This document shows, in pieces, positions 11,027 to 21,107 of a DNA stretch of 64,000 nt; position 1 is the stretch's first letter; the number at the start of each line of letters is the position of its first letter. The stretch comes from an uncultured Pirellulales bacterium. GTDB taxonomy: Bacteria; Planctomycetota; Phycisphaerae; Sedimentisphaerales; Anaerobacaceae. The stretch covers positions 2,660-66,659 of the forward strand of contig CAZTDF010000001.1 of assembly GCA_964612465.1 (NCBI GenBank), given 5' to 3'. The notes beneath the pieces were generated by a model. The model ran no database searches. It was given only the letters and a program-made list of their open reading frames with translations, and had not been told where the DNA came from. A program made the position numbers and the translations under genes.

Positions 11027-13507
11027 ATGAAGACAATATGGCACGATATGCGTTATGGGCTTCGCCAATTGCGTAAGAGCCCCGGTTTCACTGCGGTCGC
11101 GGTGCTGTCACTGGCCCTGGGCATTGGAGCTAACACGGCGATCTTCAGTATGATCAACGGGATTCTGTACAAGTCTTTGCCGGTTCGCAATCCGCATGAG
11201 TTGCGTGTGATTAACTGGACAAGTCGTAAGTGGCCTCAGATGCGTCATCCTGCAGGGGGCTTCGAACACACCAAGTCTAATGAGTTCTACAGCGGTTCCT
11301 TCCCGTATCCTGCATACCTCGACTTCGCCGAACAGGCACGAGGATTCTCCGATATTTTTGCCTTTTCCCGTACTGATAGTCCCAAGACGATCAATGCAGG
11401 CGGCGTTGCGACTTTGGCAAACGGGCAGATGGTGTCGGGCAACTTTTTCAAGAGCTATGGTGCACGTGTCTTGATTGGAAGACCTATTACGCCCGAGGAT
11501 GACCTTCCTGACGCTCCGCCGGTGGCCGTCCTCACCTATCCTTTTTGGCAACGCGTCTATGGTCTCGATCCTCACGTTTTAGGCCGGACTCTCACAGTAG
11601 GCAAAACAGGTTTTACCATCATTGGTGTACTGCCTCGTCGTTATATAGGTCCACTGGCCAGTGTAATGCACACCGATTTCTATGTGCCTATGATGGCCCG
11701 GCCGCGACTGACAGGCGAAGAAGATGGGTGGTTGAACTCCGATAACGCATGGTGGGTTCAGATGATGGGGCGATTGGCTCCGGGGGCCAATGATGCTCAG
11801 GTGCAGGCATCATTGGAACTTCTTTTCAGTCATGTTGTCAATCGCTCTGAAGCGGAGTTAAACCGGCCCGGGATCTTCTTGCAAAAAGGTCAGCAAGGGG
11901 TATTGGGTGAACGTCGACGAATGGCTGAATCCTTATGGTTTCTGCAGATCGTGGTGGGTCTGGTCCTGTTAATCGCCTGCACGAATCTGGCAGGTCTGCT
12001 TCTGGCCAGGGGGGCAGCCCGTCAACATGAGATGGCCGTGCGTGCGGCGATAGGCGCCGGGCGGTGGCGTCTCATACGCCAGTCACTCACGGAGAGCATG
12101 ATCCTGTCACTGGCGGGTGTTTGTCTCGGGTTGGTATTCTCCGTATGGATAAGAGCGGCACTGACCGGCTTTGTTATCGATCCGTCGAGCAATAGACACT
12201 TCAACCTACAGGTTGATGCGAATGTTTTGATGTTTGCGCTGGCCGTTAGCGTGGTCACTGCCTTATTGTCCGGTCTTTTTCCTGCATTGCGTACTGGCAA
12301 CACCGACCCATCTGCAGGGCTTAAAGACGGCGGGAGCCGCGGCGCCCCCCGGCTTCGCCTGGGGAAAGTGTTGGTCACTGCGCAGGTGGGTTTGTCCATC
12401 GTTCTGGTCCTGTTCGGCGGGCTTCTATGTCGAACCCTGATCAATCTCTATCGAACGGATACGGGATTCGACACGGAGAATCTCTTGTTGGTTCCAATCT
12501 CTCCTGGACAGTCCCTATCCCCACCGAAAGATCGTGAAGGTTTCTTTAATTCCGTGCGTCAGAAGATCACAGGCATCCCTGGCGTCCGGTCGGTTGCCCT
12601 TTCAAATTGGACATTGCTGGAAGGAAGGGGAAAAAGCCCTGACATATCGATCCCCGGCCGTCCCGAGGAAAAGCCGCGCGAGTCCCTTTCACTGTTTGTG
12701 AGTGACGGATACTTTGCGACAATGGGGATCGACCTGCTGCAAGGGCGAGACTTCCGTGCTGCGGATACACGAGGCTCCCAGGATGTCGCCATCGTCAATG
12801 AGGAATTCGTACGTTTGTTTTTCCCGGATGAGAATCCCCTGGGCCAGTTCATAACGGTCGGAAGTGTACAATATCAAATCGTGGGTTTATGCAGTAACCA
12901 CGGATGTCAGAACTTGCGTTTAGACATTTCACCGATTCTTTATAGACCTCATTCACAACATTCACTGTCCAATATGACTTACGCGATACGCACTGTGCTT
13001 CCACCGATGTTTCTGATACCTGTTGTGCGCAAGGCCGTGGCCGATATAGACCGCAACCTGCCGCTGGAGGGGATGACCACACAAAAACTCGCTATCAAGG
13101 AGTCTCTTCGTCTGGAACGCCTCATGACATCGCTTTGTGGAAGTCTTGCCCTACTGGCCCTGGCGCTGTCCTGCATCGGTCTGTATGGGATCATGGCCTA
13201 CAATGTCGCGCGCCGAACCGGCGAAATGGGCATTCGCAAGGCTTTGGGTGCGCAGCCCTCAGATGTGGCCTGGCCGATCCTCCGAGAGGCCCTGATACTC
13301 ACGGCCATAGGTATAGCCATCGGCTTACCTGTCGCCTTGGCTTTGGTCCGCGGGATGCGTAGTGTTTTCTACGGCATCGAACCTCATGATCCTATCACGA
13401 TAATCGGGACCGTCGTGATTATGGTCACGGTCGCGGCCATGGCCGCATGGATACCTGCCCGCCGGGCGGCAAAGGTCGATCCCATGGAGGCGCTGCGGTA
13501 TGAGTGA
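11027..13507 (+). CDS. Duplicated FtsX/MacB-type ABC permease, ADOP-like paralog 4 (subgroup B)
   Basis: N-term [41 protein letters not shown]. Modules HEMAVRAAIGAGRWRLIRQSLTESMIL and EMGIRKALGAQPSDV. C-term [17 protein letters not shown]. Confidence 0.9.
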   Translation: MKTIWHDMRYGLRQLRKSPGFTAVAVLSLALGIGANTAIFSMINGILYKSLPVRNPHELRVINWTSRKWPQMRHPAGGFEHTKSNEFYSGSFPYPAYLDFAEQARGFSDIFAFSRTDSPKTINAGGVATLANGQMVSGNFFKSYGARVLIGRPITPEDDLPDAPPVAVLTYPFWQRVYGLDPHVLGRTLTVGKTGFTIIGVLPRRYIGPLASVMHTDFYVPMMARPRLTGEEDGWLNSDNAWWVQMMGRLAPGANDAQVQASLELLFSHVVNRSEAELNRPGIFLQKGQQGVLGERRRMAESLWFLQIVVGLVLLIACTNLAGLLLARGAARQHEMAVRAAIGAGRWRLIRQSLTESMILSLAGVCLGLVFSVWIRAALTGFVIDPSSNRHFNLQVDANVLMFALAVSVVTALLSGLFPALRTGNTDPSAGLKDGGSRGAPRLRLGKVLVTAQVGLSIVLVLFGGLLCRTLINLYRTDTGFDTENLLLVPISPGQSLSPPKDREGFFNSVRQKITGIPGVRSVALSNWTLLEGRGKSPDISIPGRPEEKPRESLSLFVSDGYFATMGIDLLQGRDFRAADTRGSQDVAIVNEEFVRLFFPDENPLGQFITVGSVQYQIVGLCSNHGCQNLRLDISPILYRPHSQHSLSNMTYAIRTVLPPMFLIPVVRKAVADIDRNLPLEGMTTQKLAIKESLRLERLMTSLCGSLALLALALSCIGLYGIMAYNVARRTGEMGIRKALGAQPSDVAWPILREALILTAIGIAIGLPVALALVRGMRSVFYGIEPHDPITIIGTVVIMVTVAAMAAWIPARRAAKVDPMEALRYE

Positions 13508-13542
13508 GAAAAACAGAATAAAGAATACAGAAGGAATGACAT

Positions 13543-16014
13543 ATGAAGACAATATGGCATGACGTGCGTTATGGGTTTCGTCAGTTGCGTAAGAGCCCCG
13601 GTTTTACTGCCGTGGCAGTAGTATCGCTGGCATTGGGAATCGGTGCAAATACAGCGATCTTTAGTCTGATCAATGGTGTGCTACTCAAGTCCCTGCCTGT
13701 GCGCGATCCGCAAGAATTACGCGTGATCAACTGGGCCTGCTTTGGGTATGAACTCTCCAGCTTTTCAGGAAGTACAAATCGGAGCAAATCCGGCCAGTCC
13801 TCTTCAGGGTCTTTCCCATATCCGACCTATTGCGATTTCCGAGACCAGTCTGCAGGATTCTCGGAAGTCTTTGCTTTTTCTGAACTTGGTAATATGACCG
13901 CTATCGCGAACGGTATGGCTTTTACTGCTGACGGCCTTATGGTCTCCGGTAACTTCTTCAAAGGATATGGGGCACAGACTTTGATCGGACGGCCTATTCT
14001 ACCCAGGGACGACCAGCCTGATTCAGAGCCCGTTGCCGTGATTACCTATAGAGCATGGGAGCGGCGTTTTGGACTTAATCCGAACGTCCTCGGCCAGACC
14101 GTCATCCTGAACAAGTCGGGCTTCAGTGTTGTCGGCGTTCTACCTCGCCGATATGCCGGGCCGCTGGCCGGTGATCAAGCCGACTTCTATGTCCCAATGG
14201 CAGCCCAACCACAACTCAAATCCGGGTACCCACTGGCATCGCGAAATCATTGGTGGCTTGAAATCATGGGACGTTTGTCCCCGGAGGCGAGTGATGCGCA
14301 GGCCCGAGCTTCGCTTGAGGTTCTTTTGGACCAGACTTTAGCCGTCTCAAACTCGAAATTCAAGGAGCCGAGTATCCTCCTGGAGGATGGCAGTCGCGGC
14401 CCTCTGATGCAACGTAAATGGGCTGCTCAGCCTCTTTTGGTATTGCAGGGCGTTGTTGGGCTGGTTTTGCTGATTGCTTGTGCGAACATGGCGGGAATGC
14501 TATTGTCTCGCGGCGCCGCCCGGCAACATGAAATGACGGTCCGCGCAGCTATCGGCGCCGGGCGCTGGCGACTGATCCGGCAATCATTGGTCGAGAGCCT
14601 GGTCCTGTCGCTGGTAGCCGCCGCTTGCGGACTTATCATTTCATCGTGGCTCAAGATCACTATCATGAATTTCGTCACTGGTTCTCTTGGTGAGATCCAT
14701 TTTAATATGGCGCTTGATACGAGGGTTTTGCTTTTTACCCTGGGAGCTGCCGTGGCCACGACTTTGCTGTTCGGATTCCTGCCGGCCCTTCGTGTTTCCA
14801 GGGTGAATCCAGCCACAGGTTTGCAGAACGCTCGTTTGCAGGGAGCATCACGTGTACGACTGGGCAAGGTTCTGGTTGTAACGCAGGTAGCACTGTCCTT
14901 GTTGTTAGTCGCTGGCACAGGTTTACTCGTTCGTTCGCTTGTGAATCTGAAGAATATCGATCCGGGTTTCGATACGGAGAACTTGTTGGTCTTTCGCCTC
15001 AACGCCGGCGATGCCGGATACAACGGAACAGAACGCATAGACTACTACGAAACTGCGAGTCGCTCCATCGCAGCTATCCCCGGCGTGAGCGATGTAGCGT
15101 ATTCAAGTACCAGCCTCTTGGCTGGACGAGTCTCATCCTCCGGTTTTTCCCTGCCCGGGCGCCCGACCAATCCGGATGAAAACTTGCAGGCTAATGAGCT
15201 TACAGTTAGTGAGGCTTTCTTTAGCACTATGAAAATCCCTTTGCTGCGCGGCCGTACATTTGCCGGGACGGACACGCAGACTTCGACTAAGGTGATGATA
15301 ATCAACGATGCTTTTGTCCATACTTTCTTTTCAGATGAGAATCCTATTGGCCACTATGTCAAGATGGGGGAAAACGAGTATCAGATTATTGGTGTCTGCG
15401 GGAATACAAAATATAACAGCGTCCGAAGTGATATCGCACCCACCATGTATCATTCGTATCGACAAGCTCCGTCGGGTAGCGTATCTTTTGAAGTGCGAAC
15501 GGTCCTACCCGAATTATCCCTGGTACCTGCGGTACGTAAGGTCGTTTCCAGTCTCGATGAAAGCATCCCCATTCAGGAGCTGACAACGCAGACCGACTTG
15601 TTCAACCGCTCGATTATCATGGAAAGGCTCTCCACGACTTTGTGTGGTTCTCTTGCTATGCTGGCGGTAGTGCTGGCCTGCATCGGTCTGTACGGCCTGC
15701 TGGCCTACCACGTTGCGCAGCGCATGGGTGAGATTGGTATTCGCATGGCCTTGGGTGCCCGGCCGCAAGACGTGGCCCGGCCGATCCTCCGTCAGGCCGT
15801 GCTGTTGGCGACGTTGGGTGTAGCCGTTGCCATGCCTGTCACGCTGGCCCTGTCCCGGGCGATGCGAAGTGTCGTTTACGGCATTAAATCGCACGATCCT
15901 CTTACCATGATCGGTGCCGCCGTGCTCATGATTGCCGTTGCGGCCCTGGCGGCCTGGATTCCCGCCCGAAGGGCGGCGAAGATCGATCCGATGGAGGCTC
16001 TACGGTATGAATAA
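13543..16014 (+). CDS. Duplicated FtsX/MacB-type ABC permease, ADOP-like paralog 5 (subgroup B, closest to paralog 4)
   Basis: N-term [41 protein letters not shown]. Modules HEMTVRAAIGAGRWRLIRQSLVESLVL and EIGIRMALGARPQDV. C-term [17 protein letters not shown]. Confidence 0.9.
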   Translation: MKTIWHDVRYGFRQLRKSPGFTAVAVVSLALGIGANTAIFSLINGVLLKSLPVRDPQELRVINWACFGYELSSFSGSTNRSKSGQSSSGSFPYPTYCDFRDQSAGFSEVFAFSELGNMTAIANGMAFTADGLMVSGNFFKGYGAQTLIGRPILPRDDQPDSEPVAVITYRAWERRFGLNPNVLGQTVILNKSGFSVVGVLPRRYAGPLAGDQADFYVPMAAQPQLKSGYPLASRNHWWLEIMGRLSPEASDAQARASLEVLLDQTLAVSNSKFKEPSILLEDGSRGPLMQRKWAAQPLLVLQGVVGLVLLIACANMAGMLLSRGAARQHEMTVRAAIGAGRWRLIRQSLVESLVLSLVAAACGLIISSWLKITIMNFVTGSLGEIHFNMALDTRVLLFTLGAAVATTLLFGFLPALRVSRVNPATGLQNARLQGASRVRLGKVLVVTQVALSLLLVAGTGLLVRSLVNLKNIDPGFDTENLLVFRLNAGDAGYNGTERIDYYETASRSIAAIPGVSDVAYSSTSLLAGRVSSSGFSLPGRPTNPDENLQANELTVSEAFFSTMKIPLLRGRTFAGTDTQTSTKVMIINDAFVHTFFSDENPIGHYVKMGENEYQIIGVCGNTKYNSVRSDIAPTMYHSYRQAPSGSVSFEVRTVLPELSLVPAVRKVVSSLDESIPIQELTTQTDLFNRSIIMERLSTTLCGSLAMLAVVLACIGLYGLLAYHVAQRMGEIGIRMALGARPQDVARPILRQAVLLATLGVAVAMPVTLALSRAMRSVVYGIKSHDPLTMIGAAVLMIAVAALAAWIPARRAAKIDPMEALRYE

Positions 16015-16104
16015 GGTGGAGCGGACACAATCCAATGTTTTGAAGTCAAAGAGCCTTAATGTGCTTTACGAATCCTTCAAAGAACTAAGAAAAGGAATCA
16101 CAAG

Positions 16105-18531
16105 ATGATGATACTTGTCAACGACATCAAATTCGGTATTCGCCAGCTACTAAAGTCTCCCGGCATTACGGCGATTGCAGTGCTGACGCTGGCTATTGGC
16201 ATCGGGGCGAATATCACGATATTCAGCTTCTTTAACGCTTATTTACTGCGCCCCTTACCGTATAAGGAGGCTGATCACCTGGTGACCATCCAGGAGCAGG
16301 ATAGAAAGACAGGTGACAGGAGAGGGAATATCTCGTATGCCAACTATCTGGACTGGACCGAACACAACCAATGCTTTGAGGCGTTGGGTTGTTATGGTTT
16401 TGGTAGCTATACCCTTAAGGTCCAGGATGCGTCTGAACGCTTCACCTGTATACAAGCCACCGGCAACCTGCTAACCATGCTCGGTGTGGAACCCATAGCC
16501 GGTCGACTATTCGGGCCGGATGACGATCAGCCGCAGGCAGAAAGGACCGTCATTCTAAGTGATGCAATGTGGCAACGCTGCTTTGGGGGTAAGACCGATG
16601 TGCTTGGCAAATCCATTACACTCAATGAACGTCCTTATACGGTTATCGGCGTGTTACCGGCTTCGTTCGCCTTCCCTCCCATAGGCCAGACGGATCCAGT
16701 GGACCTATGGACTCCCATGGCACCCATGACAGTGATTCCTGGAAATGAGTGGATTGCGGAACGAGGTAACTATGCGGGAACCACAGGTATCGGGAGACTC
16801 AAACCGGGAGTGTCCCTAATGCAGGCTCAGGCCGAAATGGATCTGGTGGCACGGCAATTGGAGCAAGCCTATCCTGCCAATAAAGACAAGGGCATCTTCG
16901 TGGGATCATTCCATCATCGTCTCGTCCAGAACGTTAAGCCTGTGATGTTGCTGTTGATGGGTGCGGTTGCCTGTGTCCTCTTGATTGTATGCGTAAATAT
17001 CGCCAACCTGCTGCTGGCTCGTACAGGTGCACGGGCTCAGGAATTCGCGGTACGTAGTGCCTTGGGGGCGGATCGCTATCAGCTCTTTCGTCAGTTATTC
17101 TGCGAGAGTCTGTTGTTGGCCGGATTGGGGGGCATAGGAGGGCTCATATTGGCCTGCTGGGGTATGAATCTTGTCAAGGGCTTATTGTCGGATCCTCCAG
17201 GCGGCAAATTTGTCGATGCAACTATGGTTCTATTTATACTGGGCGCCACTATGGGCACCGCTTTGATCTTCGGTTTATTGCCGGCGCTGCGGTCATCCCG
17301 TGTGAGCTTAAGCGGCATGCGCCGTGTGACTACCGGGCCGCGCAGCAATCGATTGCGCGATGCCCTGGTGGTCTCCGAGATGGGCCTGGCCCTGATTTTA
17401 CTGGTCGGGGCCGGCTTATTGCTCCGCAGTTTTATTCATTATATAGGGAGTGATCCCGGTTTCAATACTGAGAGTACCCTGGTCATGAGTCTTGACTTGC
17501 CCAAAAGAATCGGTCAAGAACCTCAACAGAAACAGGACTTTTATCGAGAACTCGTACGACAGGTCCAGCCCATCACCGGTGTTGAGCACGTGGGCGCGGC
17601 CTCGAACATCCTGGGGCATTGGGGCCAGACTTACTATGTTGAAGGCAGCCCTATACCAGAGCCCGGTAAGAGCAGTGGGGCCAACATAGGTAATGTCACG
17701 CCAGGATTTTTCCAGTCTATGGGGATTCCACTTTTGGAGGGGCGTTTTTTCACAGAGCATGATCATCGAGACGCGGTCCGGGTGGCTATCGTGGACGAGA
17801 AACTGGCACGCAAATGGTGGCCCGATGAAAGTCCCATTGGAAAACGTCTGCAACGCAATTCGCGACCTGACCCTAATGATCCTTGGTATCAGGTAGTCGG
17901 CATGGTGGCTCACACCAAAAACGACGGTGTCGATCAGGACGCAGGGGAATACCTGTATTTTAGCGCTTATCAGTCCGTTCAGACCTTCTGGGACAGCATT
18001 ACACTCATCGTACGTAGCGACGGTGATCCCATGCGTCTGGTAGGTGGGATTAAACAGGCTCTTGCTGTTGTTGACTCCGAGGTATCCACCAGCAACATCC
18101 GCACCTTGCAGAGGATTGTAGGCAAGCAATCCTATATGCGACGTCTCATCACGACCGTCTTGGGCCTATTCGCAGTCACAGCCCTGGTGCTTTCCAGCCT
18201 GGGTATTTATGGTGTGATGGCCTATTCAATGTCCCAACGGACGCATGAAATCGGCATCCGCATGGCTCTCGGGGCCCACGTTGGTGATGTCCTGCGACTC
18301 GTCCTCACCCATGGAATAAAACTGACACTCTTGGGTATTGGTCTGGGACTTTTAGGCACCTTAGTGTTGAGTAGGCTGGTCGATAGCTTTCTCTTTGGTG
18401 TTACCGCGCGGGACCCGATCACATTCCTTGTGGTCACTGGCATCTTAACCGGAGCGGCCCTGTTGGCCTGTTATCTGCCAGCACGGCGAGCAGCAAGGAT
18501 CGATCCGATGGAGGCGTTGAGGTATGAGTGA
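16105..18531 (+). CDS. Duplicated FtsX/MacB-type ABC permease, ADOP-like paralog 6 (subgroup C)
   Basis: N-term [41 protein letters not shown]. Modules QEFAVRSALGADRYQLFRQLFCESLLL and EIGIRMALGAHVGDV. C-term [17 protein letters not shown]. Confidence 0.9.
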   Translation: MMILVNDIKFGIRQLLKSPGITAIAVLTLAIGIGANITIFSFFNAYLLRPLPYKEADHLVTIQEQDRKTGDRRGNISYANYLDWTEHNQCFEALGCYGFGSYTLKVQDASERFTCIQATGNLLTMLGVEPIAGRLFGPDDDQPQAERTVILSDAMWQRCFGGKTDVLGKSITLNERPYTVIGVLPASFAFPPIGQTDPVDLWTPMAPMTVIPGNEWIAERGNYAGTTGIGRLKPGVSLMQAQAEMDLVARQLEQAYPANKDKGIFVGSFHHRLVQNVKPVMLLLMGAVACVLLIVCVNIANLLLARTGARAQEFAVRSALGADRYQLFRQLFCESLLLAGLGGIGGLILACWGMNLVKGLLSDPPGGKFVDATMVLFILGATMGTALIFGLLPALRSSRVSLSGMRRVTTGPRSNRLRDALVVSEMGLALILLVGAGLLLRSFIHYIGSDPGFNTESTLVMSLDLPKRIGQEPQQKQDFYRELVRQVQPITGVEHVGAASNILGHWGQTYYVEGSPIPEPGKSSGANIGNVTPGFFQSMGIPLLEGRFFTEHDHRDAVRVAIVDEKLARKWWPDESPIGKRLQRNSRPDPNDPWYQVVGMVAHTKNDGVDQDAGEYLYFSAYQSVQTFWDSITLIVRSDGDPMRLVGGIKQALAVVDSEVSTSNIRTLQRIVGKQSYMRRLITTVLGLFAVTALVLSSLGIYGVMAYSMSQRTHEIGIRMALGAHVGDVLRLVLTHGIKLTLLGIGLGLLGTLVLSRLVDSFLFGVTARDPITFLVVTGILTGAALLACYLPARRAARIDPMEALRYE

Positions 18532-18622
18532 AACGTGTAGCGATTTATTAGTTGTTGGTTATTCGTTGTTCATTGGAATTGCTTAGAACTATGAACTACG
18601 AACTAAAAATTGGAGTTATAAG

Positions 18623-21061
18623 ATGACAACCCTAATCAATGACATCAAATATGCTTTACGACAACTGGGAAAAAATCCTAGCTTTATGATGGTGGCTGTT
18701 CTAACACTGGCCATCGGTATAGGGGCAAATACAGCGGTCTTTTGTCTATTGAACTCAGTGTTATTGCGTCCCTTACCTGTACGGAATCCAGATGAATTAC
18801 GCGGAATTAATTGGATTGGAGATTTCTGCCCCGGACATATTCATGGGCGTGTCACAGGTGCATCCAACGGAGAACAGATATCTAATACCTTCACCTACCC
18901 GGCTTTTTGCGAATTTCGTGACCGCGGTGCGAGTTTGGCGGAGGTCTTTGCATATTTGGGATTCAATCCGTTTGGAGTTCCTACAGTCCGGATTCGCGGC
19001 CAGTCTTATACCATGGATGGCATGATAGTCTCGGGCAATTTCTTCCAGGGATTGGGCCTGAAACCTTTATTAGGCCACACAATTATGCCGGAACATGACC
19101 GACCTGGAGTCACACCGGTTGCCGTCATTTCCTTCCACGCCTGGCAAAAGTATTTCGGCGGGGATCCGAATGTCATCGGCCAAACAATTGTTTTGAAACA
19201 GACCAATGCCACGGTGATCGGCGTGCTTGACAAAGGTTTTCTCGGAGTGGAAAAGGGCCGAAGGTGCGATATTTACGTCCCCTTGGCATTGCAACCTCAA
19301 ATAGAGGGTATCTGCGCGCTGGAATCTACTGACCACTGGTGGGTTGAAGTGATGGCCCGTTTGAAACCGTCAGTCGATGAGTTTCAGGTCAGTCGCTTGC
19401 TTGGGGGGGTGTTTGTGCAAACGACCAGTGAAACAGTTGCCAACGCGTCTGAGAAGAACCTTCGCATTGTCCTGACCGACGGCAGCGGCGGCCTGATTGG
19501 TGCTTTAGCACCGCGCAGACTTATGATGGCTAAGCCCCTCTACCTTCTATTCGGATTAGTGGGGATTGTCCTGCTGGTGACCTGTGTTAATCTGGCGGGA
19601 CTCCTTCTGGCTCGGGGTGCGATGCGCCATCATGAATTTGCCGTGCGTGCGGCCTTAGGCGCCCGACGCAGTCGGTTGATACAACAGTTGCTTACAGAGA
19701 GTATAGTGCTGTCAGTGTTCGGTGCAGGTTGCGGATTTCTGCTGGCCTCCTGGATAAAACCAGTTCTGGCCCGTGTTCTTTGGTCTTCGGATACTGTCAT
19801 CAACTTACAGAGCGATCTCTATGTGTGTGGATTTATATTGGCAGTCCTGGTGGTCGCCACGGTTTTATTCGGCCTTTTACCTGCCCTGCGCGTTGTGCGT
19901 ACAAATCCAGTGATCCATTTCAAGAACAGAACGATACTTGGGGAACCACGCTTGCGTTTAAGCAGAATGCTAATCTCTACCCAGGTGGGGCTTTCACTAC
20001 TATTGCTGGTGGGCGCCTGTTTGTTCACCAGGACGTTAATCAATATCCGGCGTATCGAGACCGGTTTCAACATCGAAAATCTGTTGATGTTCCGTGCGGA
20101 AACGGGCGAACGCCAGGCAGAATTTATCGCAGCTATTAGCACCTTGCCCGGCGTGAAGGCCGTAACGTATTCTAATCTTACCTTGTTGGATGGCGGTAGG
20201 AGCAGCACGACAATACCTTTGCCTGGAAGACCTTCCGGAAATCTAAATATTCTAAAATTGGATGTCAGTGAAACGTTTTTGCAAACCATGGGTATACCGT
20301 TGTTGGCCGGGCGTGACTTTCAGACGGTCGATACGCAAGAGTCACAGAGAGCGATTATCGTGAATCGGTCTCTGGTCGAATCCGCTTTCCACGATGAAAG
20401 TCCGATTGGTAAAATCCTGAGAATTAATCAAAAGGATTATACGATTGTGGGAGTTTGCGGAGACACCAAGTACTACGACCTCAAGACGGCCTGCGAACCT
20501 ATTGTTTTCTTTCCCTCCGGCCAGGGAGCAAGTTATGCCGTGCGTACAGCAGGGAATCCGCAACATCTGATCCCGGCCGTGCGCCAGACCTTGGCCAGGA
20601 TCGATCTTGGCGCGGCCTTGTCTGGAATACAAACACTAAAGACCAAAATCGATGAGAATATTATTCAAGAGCGATCTTTTGCCTGGCTTGCCTCGTCTCT
20701 GGCGTTCTTGGCGGTTCTGCAATCCTGTATCGGTCTTTACGGATTGTTGGCCCACAATGTGACGCGTCGTACCGGCGAAATCGGCATTCGGATGGCACTC
20801 GGAGCAACACCGCGGGCCGTTGCATGGCCGATCCTTCGCAGCGCCATGCTGTTGGTGACCGCCGGAGTAATGGTTGGCGTTCCTGCTGTTCTTGCCACCG
20901 TACGAATTGTCCGTAGCTATCTTTTCGGAATCGAACCGTACGATCCGGTCACTCTTATCATTGCTATTATTTTGTTGTTTGCGGTTGCAGTTCTGACAGC
21001 ATGGATTCCAGCTCGCCGGGCGGCGAAGATTGATCCGATGGAGGCGCTGAGATACGAGTAG
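18623..21061 (+). CDS. Duplicated FtsX/MacB-type ABC permease, ADOP-like paralog 7 (subgroup B)
   Basis: N-term [41 protein letters not shown]. Modules HEFAVRAALGARRSRLIQQLLTESIVL and EIGIRMALGATPRAV. C-term [17 protein letters not shown]. Confidence 0.9.
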   Translation: MTTLINDIKYALRQLGKNPSFMMVAVLTLAIGIGANTAVFCLLNSVLLRPLPVRNPDELRGINWIGDFCPGHIHGRVTGASNGEQISNTFTYPAFCEFRDRGASLAEVFAYLGFNPFGVPTVRIRGQSYTMDGMIVSGNFFQGLGLKPLLGHTIMPEHDRPGVTPVAVISFHAWQKYFGGDPNVIGQTIVLKQTNATVIGVLDKGFLGVEKGRRCDIYVPLALQPQIEGICALESTDHWWVEVMARLKPSVDEFQVSRLLGGVFVQTTSETVANASEKNLRIVLTDGSGGLIGALAPRRLMMAKPLYLLFGLVGIVLLVTCVNLAGLLLARGAMRHHEFAVRAALGARRSRLIQQLLTESIVLSVFGAGCGFLLASWIKPVLARVLWSSDTVINLQSDLYVCGFILAVLVVATVLFGLLPALRVVRTNPVIHFKNRTILGEPRLRLSRMLISTQVGLSLLLLVGACLFTRTLINIRRIETGFNIENLLMFRAETGERQAEFIAAISTLPGVKAVTYSNLTLLDGGRSSTTIPLPGRPSGNLNILKLDVSETFLQTMGIPLLAGRDFQTVDTQESQRAIIVNRSLVESAFHDESPIGKILRINQKDYTIVGVCGDTKYYDLKTACEPIVFFPSGQGASYAVRTAGNPQHLIPAVRQTLARIDLGAALSGIQTLKTKIDENIIQERSFAWLASSLAFLAVLQSCIGLYGLLAHNVTRRTGEIGIRMALGATPRAVAWPILRSAMLLVTAGVMVGVPAVLATVRIVRSYLFGIEPYDPVTLIIAIILLFAVAVLTAWIPARRAAKIDPMEALRYE

Positions 21062-21107
21062 TTCCGAAAGAATACAGAATGGAAGAAATAAGATATTTAA
21101 GGAATTA